Position numbers and translations under genes: made by a program. A stretch of DNA of 64,000 nt, taken from IMG/VR virus record IMGVR_UViG_3300048502_000015, positions 32,001 to 96,000 of that record; one strand, written 5' to 3'. The first letter of the stretch is position 1. The number at the start of each line of letters is the position of its first letter. A model generated the notes under the pieces. It saw only the letters and a program-made list of their open reading frames with translations, searched no databases and was not told the origin of the DNA. Below are positions 10,694-19,326 of this stretch, piece after piece. The stretch comes from a virus (lineage: Duplodnaviria; Caudoviricetes).

Positions 10694-11026
10694 TTATAGC
10701 TTATTAACGTTGATCTTGACCAACGCACGGATAGCTGCATAGAATACCGCTACTGCTCCGACGACGATCTTTGGAACATGTCCTTCATGAGCAAAAGCGC
10801 TGTTAAGGGCAGCCGCTACAACTCCCCAAAATTCGGTTGTCTTATATCCAGCCTTAACTTCTGAAACTGCGGCAGGAATCTGAGCGATAATTGAAGAACC
10901 CTGAGTGGTTCCAAGGGTTACTAGACCAGCGACATTTCCTGTTTCAATGTCCTTAACAACAACCGGGACATCCTTTGTTACGTCGGCAATCACTGTGTTT
11001 ACTGCTGGATCTGGGTTTACTGCCAT
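10694..11026 (-). CDS. holin-like membrane protein
   Basis: KAGYKTTEFW motif plus two hydrophobic segments; directly after endolysin. Confidence 0.65.
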   Translation of the reverse strand: MAVNPDPAVNTVIADVTKDVPVVVKDIETGNVAGLVTLGTTQGSSIIAQIPAAVSEVKAGYKTTEFWGVVAAALNSAFAHEGHVPKIVVGAVAVFYAAIRALVKINVNKL

Positions 11027-11036
11027 TTGCTTCTCC

Positions 11037-11702
11037 TTATTTCTTAATTTTGTGTCGTAAACGACTGAAAGCTGGAGCTAGGATAGAGATATCTGAATTC
11101 TCTCCGATTCCAGGAATTCTATGAGGAGCCGGTCCATGAACCCCATCACTAAGCTGAAGCGCCCACAAGAATGCGTTCTTTGGAAGAGCGGCCTTTACCT
11201 TATCCCAAAGGGATTCTACTGTATCTCCTGGAGCGCCATAATCGGCAGCCCAAACATTTCCTGATGGCGGAACAAGTTCCTTGTCTCCGTTCTCCAAGAA
11301 GAAGGCCAAATCGGTATAAAGCGGAGCGCCCTTGTGACCGTGAAGATAAAGATATGCGAAAGCAACCTTTGTCCAGTTAATGGTTTCGACAACTGTGGCT
11401 GCTGGCCACTCGACATCTAGAACGAGATGATCTCCGCGCTTGAAATGCGGAGCAACTGTTTCAAGGAAGAACTTAATCTGGCCCGCAGGATCTCCCAAAG
11501 CAGGCTCAGCGAAATGATAATGGATAACCTTGAGTCCCGCTTTATGAGCGGCGGTTACACGTTCTACATACGGCGGCTGAGTCCCAGTTAGTCCCTGAGT
11601 AGCCTTTGTAGCATACGTTCTAGAACCAGACTTCTTGTACTCTGCTGCGTTAAATGTCGGAGAGTTGTTATCACTCTCATCTGCGAAATATCTATTAGCC
11701 AT
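11037..11702 (-). CDS. endolysin, GH25 muramidase (catalytic domain only)
   Basis: FADES, KATQG, HYHFA, LVLDVE (DxE) motifs. Confidence 0.85.
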   Translation of the reverse strand: MANRYFADESDNNSPTFNAAEYKKSGSRTYATKATQGLTGTQPPYVERVTAAHKAGLKVIHYHFAEPALGDPAGQIKFFLETVAPHFKRGDHLVLDVEWPAATVVETINWTKVAFAYLYLHGHKGAPLYTDLAFFLENGDKELVPPSGNVWAADYGAPGDTVESLWDKVKAALPKNAFLWALQLSDGVHGPAPHRIPGIGENSDISILAPAFSRLRHKIKK

Positions 11703-11750
11703 CGTCTATTACCTTACTGTATTGAGAAACTTTATGCGCCCGGTTTTGAA

Positions 11751-11821
11751 TTGCGACAGAGGGAATTGAACCCTCCTCTAGACACCGTATGAAAGTGTAC
11801 GCCCACCACGGGCTTGTCGCA
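11751..11821 (-). tRNA. tRNA-Met(CAT), short D arm
   Basis: TGCGACA/TGTCGCA acceptor; ACACT-TT-CAT-AC-GGTGT; T loop TTCAATT. Confidence 0.75.
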
Positions 11822-11920
11822 TTGGATTTCCCCTACCGCCTATCCCGGTCATAGGGTACTCAAGGTTGTGCTTACAGACTCCCTAAATCCGGGGTGCGGT
11901 CTGTAGATAGGCGTCACAAG

Positions 11921-12334
11921 TTAAACTACGTTTACCCGTCGAGAAGACTTGTACCAATGATAATGCTTAAAATGGCGTCGATTAGCTCGGCCATTTTTGC
12001 CGCAATAAACGCACATTTTGTACTCTCGTGTAACGAGATATGGTTTACGAGGAGGCCAAGGATAGGCCATAACCTCTTCTTCACCAGTCAAATAAGCGTG
12101 TCGCTTATGTCCTTCTCGGGCAGGGCAATACGAGATCTTCTTCTTTTCCTTCTTTCGAGACTTTCCGTTAGAAGGATGATCTAGAATCGGGGGCTGACGA
12201 TCATCTCGTGCTGCCCAGCTATCGGTTCGAACCGTTTTGATAGGGCCTCCTCGAAGGGCGGCTGCTTCTGCGGAACGAACTCTCTTGTTGTCGATTCGTT
12301 TACGAATGTGACGACTTGTAGATTTACGAGCCAT
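11921..12334 (-). CDS. basic hypothetical protein with CxxC
   Basis: 137 aa, Arg/Lys-rich; SD AAGGAG. Confidence 0.6.
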   Translation of the reverse strand: MARKSTSRHIRKRIDNKRVRSAEAAALRGGPIKTVRTDSWAARDDRQPPILDHPSNGKSRKKEKKKISYCPAREGHKRHAYLTGEEEVMAYPWPPRKPYLVTREYKMCVYCGKNGRANRRHFKHYHWYKSSRRVNVV

Positions 12335-12404
12335 GTTTGTTTTCTCCTTGTTAATAGGTTACTTTACAAACATATTCGTTCTCCTTGGTTAGTTGATTAT
12401 AAAG

Positions 12405-12476
12405 AGCGGGTAGAGGGAATTGAACCCTCATCTCAGGTGTGGAAGACCGGCATAATAGCCTTTATACTATACCCGC
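12405..12476 (-). tRNA. tRNA-Gly(TCC)
   Basis: GCGGGTA...CCGGT-CT-TCC-AC-ACCTG...TACCCGC-T. Confidence 0.9.
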
Positions 12477-12508
12477 AAGATACCTTTTATAGTCATGCTC
12501 AGGACTGA

Positions 12509-12582
12509 AGCCCATTTAGGGAATCGAACCCTATCTATTTCGCTTTACAAGAGCGATGCAGCACCATTTCTGCATAATGGGC
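12509..12582 (-). tRNA. tRNA-Thr(TGT)
   Basis: GCCCATT...TCGCT-CT-TGT-AA-AGCGA. Confidence 0.9.
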
Positions 12583-12589
12583 GATACTA

Positions 12590-12910
12590 TTACAGCTTCA
12601 TTATCCGGGGTTCTGTCCCTATTTCTAGGTGACGATCATCTGTCTCAGTTAGCCTATTTCTAGGCTTCCCTGGCGGATTCTTGACGAGTTGCCCGCTGCC
12701 CTCTACCTGCTATGTCCGTAGGTCTTTGCCCTTAGGATTCGCGTCTTGAGGTTGCATCCTCAGTTCCCATTCGAGGTTCAAGCGCCTTAGCTCCCTCCAA
12801 ATGTTACTTATTTACTGAGTTAGTTAAGCTCATAACCGAGTTTCCTCGGCCAGGATGCCCCGAAATTCCTCTACATATACCTTCTATGCAGCGACCGTCT
12901 TTAACTGTAA
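12590..12910 (-). ncRNA. rnpB: RNase P RNA (divergent, reduced S-domain)
   Basis: P1 TTACAGTT/AGCTGTAA; P2 GACGGTC/GATCGTC; CR-I GAGGAATTTCGGGGC pairs with CR-V ACAGAACCCCGGAT (P4); GATGCAA; AGACAGATGATC. Confidence 0.85.
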
Positions 12911-12912
12911 GT

Positions 12913-13122
12913 TTAGGAAATTCTTTGAACAACTACTACTTGAGTATCCCCTTTCATGAAGGTCCGGACTACCTTACTCTTGATATTGACCTGTCCAGGA
13001 TGGGCATGAACGATTGCACCAGGACCATACTTGGGGGCCGGTATAACCACACCCAAGTCTTCGTTGTTCCAATCTCTCGTGTATAGCTCTTCTACAAAAA
13101 GAGCCTTAGTATGTTTGCTCAT
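12913..13122 (-). CDS. small hypothetical protein, leaderless
   Basis: TGATATACT-6nt-ATG upstream. Confidence 0.6.
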   Translation of the reverse strand: MSKHTKALFVEELYTRDWNNEDLGVVIPAPKYGPGAIVHAHPGQVNIKSKVVRTFMKGDTQVVVVQRIS

Positions 13123-13140
13123 ATACATAGTATATCACAA

Positions 13141-13229
13141 ATCCTACAGCAAGATTCAAACTTGCGACACCATTTCGATTCCGGGTCCTACCCGGATGAT
13201 CTGTGCTCTGATCACTGAGCTATGTAGGA
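13141..13229 (-). ncRNA. tRNA-like RNA with extended, anticodon-less arm
   Basis: Normal acceptor, D and T arms; anticodon arm replaced by bulged helix ending TCCGGGT-AGG-ACCCGGA. Confidence 0.7.
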
Positions 13230-13367
13230 TGGCCTAGATAGAAACCCGCCGCTTATCTTCGGTCGGTTACGTAGCGACAAATCGCGGGAGATAAGCCCAA
13301 CGAAAACCTTGCCTCCTGGTACTCCCCGGTCATCATGAATCCGAGGGCCAGTTCCACCGTCTATCTA

Positions 13368-13428
13368 ATAGTGATAGGAGAATCGAACTCCAAATTAAGG
13401 GGTCTTCCTTAATCAACCTATATCACTA
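13368..13428 (-). ncRNA. D-armless mini tRNA-like RNA
   Basis: TAGTGATA/TATCACTA stem; ATTAAGG-6nt-CCTTAAT; GGAG-TTCGATT-CTCC. Confidence 0.6.
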
Positions 13429-13479
13429 GCTTTCTACTGAGTTAATTATCATGTGCTGATTCCTGGCGATGAGCCAGAG

Positions 13480-13551
13480 AGGAGTAGAGCGGTTTCGAGC
13501 CGCCTTCTGGGACATGGCAAGCCCCTGTAATAGCCAGTATACGACTACTCC
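13480..13551 (-). tRNA. tRNA-Gly(GCC), atypical T loop
   Basis: GGGGC-TT-GCC-AT-GTCCC; T loop CTCGAAA. Confidence 0.8.
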
Positions 13552-13632
13552 AAACACGCGGCAAACATATGATCATGGGAACTTCGGGTTTACCGCGTTA
13601 TACCCTAGCCGCACCATATGTTTTATTTTTAG

Positions 13633-13705
13633 TACCCCTGGACGGATTCAAACCGCCGACCTGATCGTTCGAAGCGACCCACTCTATTCACTGAGCTACA
13701 GAGGC
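13633..13705 (-). tRNA. tRNA-Arg(TCG)
   Basis: GGTCG-CT-TCG-AA-CGATC. Confidence 0.9.
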
Positions 13706-13844
13706 AAGAACTACAAATTATCAATCTTCTCTTCAATCCGTCTTTCTACATCGTGATCTCTGTCTTCTTCAACCGAATCTGCCTTTACCTCGACCGTCCA
13801 TCTATTCCATAATGTCTTCATCTACCTTTACCGTCTTGGTAAAG

Positions 13845-14165
13845 CTACTGAAGCACTAAATCTGTTTCATACCAACGATAATCGCTTAGTTGGTTATTGA
13901 AAAATTCTAGCCAATCAGAAGTACCTTTTGCTTCGTCCCATGTTACCAGAAAGTACGGAGGATCAGGTGACACTCTAGGAGTAATATCCTCTTTCTCTTC
14001 AATCAAGGAAGAAATCGTCCCAACAGGATCGTCGCCCTTGAGATAGGCGAGCGCTCCAATTAGATACCAATTGATTTCGTCGCTGGAATCCAATTCAAGG
14101 GCAATATCGTTTGCCACGCCGTTTGAAAGCTTTACTTTATCTCCAATTTTCATTTCATACCTCAT
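13845..14165 (-). CDS. hypothetical protein
   Basis: 106 aa ORF, MKIGDKVKL-type phage N-terminus. Confidence 0.55.
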   Translation of the reverse strand: MRYEMKIGDKVKLSNGVANDIALELDSSDEINWYLIGALAYLKGDDPVGTISSLIEEKEDITPRVSPDPPYFLVTWDEAKGTSDWLEFFNNQLSDYRWYETDLVLQ

Positions 14166-14337
14166 AGACTTGAGTTGTTTTACTTACGTAGTACTTTCCA
14201 TCGGCGGCAAGAATACCGACGAGGGTTCCTAAATGAATGGCAGCTATTTCTAGCTCCATCAGAGGCTTCCTCCGCTTCCATGTTCCTTGAACTGGATTCC
14301 ACTTCCTCATTGGACTTATTTCTATCTTGTAGTACAT
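14155..14337 (-). CDS. hypothetical protein
   Basis: Start moved to MYYK to avoid overlap with tRNA-Lys. Confidence 0.45.
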   Translation of the reverse strand: MYYKIEISPMRKWNPVQGTWKRRKPLMELEIAAIHLGTLVGILAADGKYYVSKTTQVYEV

Positions 14338-14339
14338 AG

Positions 14340-14415
14340 TACCCCGTATGCGGATCGAACGCATCTGATATCTCGATTAAGAGTCGAGTGCCACCACCAT
14401 TGGAGCCAACGAGGT
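14340..14415 (-). tRNA. tRNA-Lys(CTT)
   Basis: CTCGA-CT-CTT-AA-TCGAG. Confidence 0.9.
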
Positions 14416-14480
14416 AAGCGGGCTAATTATCGTCAAGCCCAATGACTATTCGGTTGTCTAATGGCCAACCGACAAACCCA

Positions 14481-14553
14481 TGCGACTGGAGGGATTCAAA
14501 CCCACGACCTTCGGTTTCGTAGACCGACGCTCTTTTCGCTGAGCTACAATCGC
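14481..14553 (-). tRNA. tRNA-Arg(ACG)
   Basis: TCGGT-CT-ACG-AA-ACCGA. Confidence 0.9.
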
Positions 14554-14567
14554 GTTTTGAGTGAGTA

Positions 14568-15236
14568 CTAGCCCTCACTCACGGCTTTGAGCATCTGGAT
14601 GCTATCTTCGATCTCAAAGGAATTGTCTTCCTTTGCAAACTCCCCTAGAGTGAAGTCCCTCAAGAGAGTATATTCGTAGCTGGATTCATCTCCCGCCAAG
14701 ATCAAGTCGTATACTACTGGACGCTGTTCCTTGAACTCGGTTAGCATTTTTTGAGCGAACTTTCGTTCGTCGTTTGTCATAGACGGCGCAATGCTTTTTG
14801 AAGCCAATTCTCCGACCCTTAGATGTAAGTCTCTGTGAGCTTTCAAACAAATTGGGATGGTACACTTGGACCGAGAAGCATATGCCTGATAGTTCTCAAG
14901 CATGAGCATCATCCAACGAGGTACATAGTGATGCCTCGTTATCCTACCTTCGCAAGTTAGTCCATGAATAGAGCAAATTCGGCAAACTGGTTCAATCCCT
15001 GCAAGCCGAATTCTTTCTAGGCGGCGCTCGATGACATGAGCCGGAACCACATTATCATCAGAAGCCAAACGAAGTCGATAAAGAACCTGACGCTGAGAGA
15101 GATCTTCGTCTAGAAGATCGTCCACATCAATGTCTTCGAGATCGGCAAGAAGCTCAAGCTGAGCAACAGTAGCCTTAGCTCGTTGATCGAACCAAATTTG
15201 GCCTGCTGGAGTGTTGAAAGGTCTAGCGCGGCTCAT
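14568..15236 (-). CDS. HNH-like Zn-binding protein
   Basis: CRIC...TRHHYVP...CLKAHRDLH. Confidence 0.6.
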   Translation of the reverse strand: MSRARPFNTPAGQIWFDQRAKATVAQLELLADLEDIDVDDLLDEDLSQRQVLYRLRLASDDNVVPAHVIERRLERIRLAGIEPVCRICSIHGLTCEGRITRHHYVPRWMMLMLENYQAYASRSKCTIPICLKAHRDLHLRVGELASKSIAPSMTNDERKFAQKMLTEFKEQRPVVYDLILAGDESSYEYTLLRDFTLGEFAKEDNSFEIEDSIQMLKAVSEG

Positions 15237-15314
15237 TTATTTTCTCCATCTATTATATCATAGAATTGAAGTCTACCCGATATTTTACCTTAAACTACAT
15301 ATCCCGTGATCAAG

Positions 15315-15349
15315 CGGTCAACGACGGGACTCGAACCCGCATCTTCGGA
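15315..15349 (-). pseudogene. isolated tRNA 3' fragment (T arm + acceptor 3' strand)
   Basis: GCGGG-TTCGAGT-CCCGT-CGTTGACC-G directly after tRNA-Glu; no 5' half. Confidence 0.65.
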
Positions 15350-15350
15350 G

Positions 15351-15424
15351 TACCACCACCGGGATTTGAACCCGAGTTTCCGCCGTGAGAGGGCGGCGTC
15401 CTAAACCAACTAGACGATGGTGGC
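15351..15424 (-). tRNA. tRNA-Glu(CTC)
   Basis: CCGCC-CT-CTC-AC-GGCGG. Confidence 0.92.
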
Positions 15425-15531
15425 TTGGCGGGGGTCCACCCTTTAACAGGTCTACCCCCATAATACAGCAAATATGATGCCTTATGGCCGCTTTAGGCAT
15501 TTAAAGCATCATATTTGCATCACTACAGGAA

Positions 15532-16947
15532 CTACAATGCCGCCCTCTCACGAATGTTGGCAAACGTCTGATGCCGAGTAATCTTTCCATTCTCGAAAAC
15601 AGTTTGTAGTACATCCGGGATTTGTACGTCATACATAGGAATAACGCCGTAACGTTCCGTAGCGTAGTTACCCGCCTGACTAAAGACAAGCTTCAAACGG
15701 CCTGCCTTACTTCTCTTCGAAGTATCGAGAGGAATCTTTGAGACATCATGCCAAATTCCATCTCGCTTCTGTGCGCTGCATTTGAACGCAAATCTTTGCG
15801 TATCACGGTTGACCTTCTGGAGCAAGCCCCCACCCATTCCGAAGACCATGTTTTCGGCTGAGTAGCCAGCAAGCTGGAGTCGTCCAAGGATCTTGTCGAT
15901 GCCGTTAGGATCGATCCCATCGCCCCACAAGACACGAATCTTGGGGTTAAGGACCTTGAATCCCTTAGAATTCGTAGTGGTTCCAAAACCCTTAGCCAGA
16001 GTATCTACAATCCATTCGGTTAGTAGATCTGGCGTAGGATGCTGAACGGTAATCGAATCAGGACGGACTACGAAAACCCCTTCGCGTTCAAGAATCTTAT
16101 CCTTGTACCAGGAGTTGAGATCAAGGCCAGCGACCGTATTGACAAAACGATAGATGTCATAGCTGTCGGCTACCACTGAAAGAATTCCAGTTGGGTATTT
16201 CTCAAGTAGGTCAGCCACGATCATCATTTCCTGCGCTTGTCCTCCTGCCGTCATAACCGAATGCTCAGTAGCAGGAACCGAAAATGCGAGACTTTGAGGG
16301 TCCGCATCGTAGGCTTGCATCGCCAACACCATTGCAGGGAGCGTATCTGTGCCCATGAAGTTGACTAGATGGGCTGCTCCACCGATGGCTGCTGTTTCGT
16401 CGCTTGAAGCTCCGCGATAACCAAAATCATGAAGCATGAACGGAAGACCGTCCCGGTTATCTGCTGTAGCGTCAAGATGGCCAGCAATCATTTCCTTTGT
16501 ATGGCGGCTGAGCGTAGCAACCGTTGATGGATACCAAACATGAGTCAAAAGGGACTCAACAAAGTTGGTAAGCCAAGCGCACTCTGGATCGGTATTTTCA
16601 ACCGTCATAAGCACGTTACCTGTCGGGATTACAGAACCCTCCGGAACCGCCTTGATGCGGATCGGAAGCTTGCCGTCAAGCTTGTTAACAATGTAATTCC
16701 ATCCATCAAAATTGAAGAGATTAGGATTACCAAAGTGAGTCTCGGCAATACCATAAGCCTCCCGGACATCATCCATCGTAACCGGCGTTTCAAGCTTCTC
16801 TAGGATCTTCTGCAATCCGAAAAACACCGTGTAAGGGAACTCTGCTCCCTGACGGCTTTCAAAATATGAGTAAACGCCCTCTGTCCCCTCGGGGTACATT
16901 TGATGGTGCGTCAACTTGTAGCTGTCTGTACTGAGAATTGTATTCAT
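15532..16947 (-). CDS. nadV: nicotinamide phosphoribosyltransferase (Nampt)
   Basis: TDSYK, LHDFGYRG, PATEHS, VVRPDS, NRDTQRFAFK motifs. Confidence 0.95.
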   Translation of the reverse strand: MNTILSTDSYKLTHHQMYPEGTEGVYSYFESRQGAEFPYTVFFGLQKILEKLETPVTMDDVREAYGIAETHFGNPNLFNFDGWNYIVNKLDGKLPIRIKAVPEGSVIPTGNVLMTVENTDPECAWLTNFVESLLTHVWYPSTVATLSRHTKEMIAGHLDATADNRDGLPFMLHDFGYRGASSDETAAIGGAAHLVNFMGTDTLPAMVLAMQAYDADPQSLAFSVPATEHSVMTAGGQAQEMMIVADLLEKYPTGILSVVADSYDIYRFVNTVAGLDLNSWYKDKILEREGVFVVRPDSITVQHPTPDLLTEWIVDTLAKGFGTTTNSKGFKVLNPKIRVLWGDGIDPNGIDKILGRLQLAGYSAENMVFGMGGGLLQKVNRDTQRFAFKCSAQKRDGIWHDVSKIPLDTSKRSKAGRLKLVFSQAGNYATERYGVIPMYDVQIPDVLQTVFENGKITRHQTFANIRERAAL

Positions 16948-16985
16948 AATCTTATCCTTGTATAGATTGTTGAATGTATATTGTA

Positions 16986-17966
16986 CTACACTTGCTGCTT
17001 ATGTGCTCTGCGGGTCACAATGACGTTGATCAAATCCTGGTGATTCGGAACAACGTCCAAATCCCAGTCAAGATCAAACCACTTAACCTCGGCAATGTCA
17101 TCTCCTGGCTTAGGAGTCCCGAACATATGCTTGGCCTCGAAGAGCAGAGTCTTGATAACTCTATCTGGCTCTTTGCGATAGCGCCAATCATCGATTAGGT
17201 AGCTCCCGACATAGACCGGATCAGTAATCTCGATCCCGGCTTCCTCTGAAACCTCTCTGCGGGCATCTGCCTCGTAGCTAGGACTCTTAGGATCGGAGAA
17301 CCCTCCGATCAGTCGGAACTTCTTCTCATTGGCTTTGCGGCCTAGAAGGATCTTGCTTCCGTCCTCGTTGAGGATGGCAACATCGACTGTTGCAAAGCAT
17401 TGAGGAAACTGGCTGAATGCAGCCCAGACAACGCCTGCGCGGAAATCCGGAGTCCCTCGAACGCTTGTGCGAGAAACCTCTTTGCGGATTTCGCTTCCCG
17501 AAACAAAGACCTGAGATTCAAGCTCTTCGCTGGGATGCTTTCCCGAATAATGAGAGATGAATGAGTCGCGTCCTCCATAGAGAAGAACGGTCTGATTCGG
17601 GGTAATCACATCATCGATTTGAGTATCGAGATTGCGGCTCCAAACTTCATCGTCGGGCTGGTCCTTGATGTAAAGGACGTTCACATGAGGGAACTTGGCA
17701 AGGATCATCTGCTTGCGTCCCTCGAAGTCCAAAGGATTCTCTCGGGTGACCATCAAAGGCGACAAGCCAAGAAAGATGATTACTTTTCCATGGCGGTCAC
17801 AAACGGTCTGAATAAGTTCCATATGAGCATCATGTAGCTCGGGAACCTGAAAACGGCCTACGATTACACCGACATCCTGGCTGTTAGCTCTGGCGCGATC
17901 TCTAGATGCACCTTTGCTAAGCTTCAAGTTTCTTTCAAACTCTGTGTATTCTGCTGGATATGTCAT
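16986..17966 (-). CDS. natV: bifunctional NMN adenylyltransferase / Nudix hydrolase
   Basis: VGRFQVPELHDAH (HxxH), SGSEIR, Nudix box GG...ARREVSEEAG. Confidence 0.9.
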   Translation of the reverse strand: MTYPAEYTEFERNLKLSKGASRDRARANSQDVGVIVGRFQVPELHDAHMELIQTVCDRHGKVIIFLGLSPLMVTRENPLDFEGRKQMILAKFPHVNVLYIKDQPDDEVWSRNLDTQIDDVITPNQTVLLYGGRDSFISHYSGKHPSEELESQVFVSGSEIRKEVSRTSVRGTPDFRAGVVWAAFSQFPQCFATVDVAILNEDGSKILLGRKANEKKFRLIGGFSDPKSPSYEADARREVSEEAGIEITDPVYVGSYLIDDWRYRKEPDRVIKTLLFEAKHMFGTPKPGDDIAEVKWFDLDWDLDVVPNHQDLINVIVTRRAHKQQV

Positions 17967-18013
17967 TTTCTTCCTTTCAATTCCATCAATAACGAATTGT
18001 TTGGTTTATAAAG

Positions 18014-18089
18014 TACCAGTAGGGGGAGTCGAACCCAACCTCACTCTTGTTTAAAAGACAAGTGCCCAGTCCACACGGGCGCTACTGGC
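18014..18089 (-). tRNA. tRNA-Lys(TTT)
   Basis: CTTGT-CT-TTT-AA-ACAAG. Confidence 0.88.
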
Positions 18090-18092
18090 AAG

Positions 18093-18176
18093 CTAATGAA
18101 CTCCTGCTGCTACAAGAACGGCTACAACGTAGCCTATCAAGATAAACAACAAAAGCGCAATCAATTTATAGTTCAT
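18093..18176 (-). CDS. 27-aa single-TM peptide, leaderless
   Basis: MNYKLIALLLFILIGYVVAVLVAAGVH*; TGATATAAT-6nt-ATG. Confidence 0.6.
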   Translation of the reverse strand: MNYKLIALLLFILIGYVVAVLVAAGVH

Positions 18177-18200
18177 AACTACATTATATCACAGTTTAAG

Positions 18201-18272
18201 TACGCCCACGAGGATTTGAACCCCGATGTGCTGGGAATAAGCCAGATGTTCTAACCGTTGAACTATGGGCGC
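18201..18272 (-). tRNA. tRNA-Ile(TAT)
   Basis: CTGG-CT-TAT-TC-CCAG; T at position 37. Confidence 0.75.
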
Positions 18273-18277
18273 AAGAG

Positions 18278-18349
18278 GGTGACTGATGGGAAATGACCCC
18301 ATACCAACCGGCTTCACAGGCCAGGACTCTACATTAAGCTACAGCCACC
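18278..18349 (-). tRNA. tRNA-His(GTG)
   Basis: G-1:C73; CTGGC-CT-GTG-AA-GCCGG; atypical T loop GTCATTT. Confidence 0.85.
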
Positions 18350-18496
18350 ATGATTACTACAAACCGCTGCCGAGTCGCCACTGTCCGTTCCTAACTCCTG
18401 CTCTCGGCCAGTATCCCGTTCATCGGATACTCTCATCCACGAGACTTAAATCGTCTACCTATTAAAATGCCTTTACCGTTTATAATTAGTAGAAAG

Positions 18497-18583
18497 TAGC
18501 GGTAGAGAGGATCGAACTCTCAATTCCCTTACGGGACAACGATTTTTAAGACCGTCCTGTATACCTAATTCCAGCATACCGCC
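18497..18583 (-). tRNA. tRNA-Leu(TAA), long variable arm
   Basis: ACGGT-CT-TAA-AA-ATCGT. Confidence 0.9.
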
Positions 18584-18587
18584 AAAT

Positions 18588-19112
18588 ATGACTAAACCAA
18601 GAAAATACAATGATCCTGATCTAATTGCTGCTGTTAAATCATCAACTTCAATTGCACAAGTCTTGAATCAACTGGGACTTAAACCTGCGGGAGGTAACTA
18701 TACCACAATCAAGAATCGAACACAAGAACTTGGCTTAGATACCTCTCATTGGAGGGGTCAAGCTTGGAACAAGGGGTTAAAGGTTCCTGGTTATACCAAA
18801 CGTAATCTACAGGATATCCTAGTCGAAAATAGTCCACATAAGCAAAGTCACGGTTTGAAAATTCGCCTCATTAACGAGGGTTTACTCGAAGAAATTTGTG
18901 ATGAATGTTCAATTACTAACTGGATGAATCGGCCACTATCCTTTCATTTGGAACATATTAACGGTGTTCATAGCGATAACCGTCTTCCCAATCTACGGCT
19001 TCTATGTCCTAACTGTCATTCACAGACGCCTACCTATTGTGGCCGAAATATTGGCAAAGCCGAATCCCTCTGCCATTGGGTAGATGCCCTTGGTGCTAAA
19101 TTTCTCTCTTGA
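18588..19112 (+). CDS. HNH homing endonuclease
   Basis: CDEC...LEHINGVHSDNRLPNLRLLCPNCHSQT; antisense to tRNA operon. Confidence 0.9.
   Translation: MTKPRKYNDPDLIAAVKSSTSIAQVLNQLGLKPAGGNYTTIKNRTQELGLDTSHWRGQAWNKGLKVPGYTKRNLQDILVENSPHKQSHGLKIRLINEGLLEEICDECSITNWMNRPLSFHLEHINGVHSDNRLPNLRLLCPNCHSQTPTYCGRNIGKAESLCHWVDALGAKFLS
19057..19089 (-). pseudogene. 5' half of a short-arm-type tRNA-Leu truncated in the anticodon
   Basis: GGGCATCTACCCAATGGCAGAGGGATTCGGCTT; D loop resembles that of tRNA-Leu(TAG) at 26446. Confidence 0.65.
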
Positions 19113-19302
19113 TCGTCAAGCAGGGACCAGAACTATATTGATCGTAGCTAACCGATCTAGCCTTTACAACATAACGTTTACCGTCGATGTCAAAGGAAAT
19201 CCAAGTTGGCTCGTAGCCACAATTATCAGAAACGCCGACAATCGTTGCGGTCTTTCCTTCGAGTCCTACAAACTCGTTCTTCTTGACTGTTTCAAATTCC
19301 AT
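19096..19302 (-). CDS. small hypothetical protein, leaderless
   Basis: TGATATACT-6nt-ATG. Confidence 0.6.
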   Translation of the reverse strand: MEFETVKKNEFVGLEGKTATIVGVSDNCGYEPTWISFDIDGKRYVVKARSVSYDQYSSGPCLTIKREI

Positions 19303-19326
19303 AACTACAGTATATCATACTTCAGG

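Noticed and set aside
11921-12334. RnpA protein partner for the RNase P RNA
   Set aside because: Basic and nearby, but no RNR motif (AVxRNRxKR) is recognisable.
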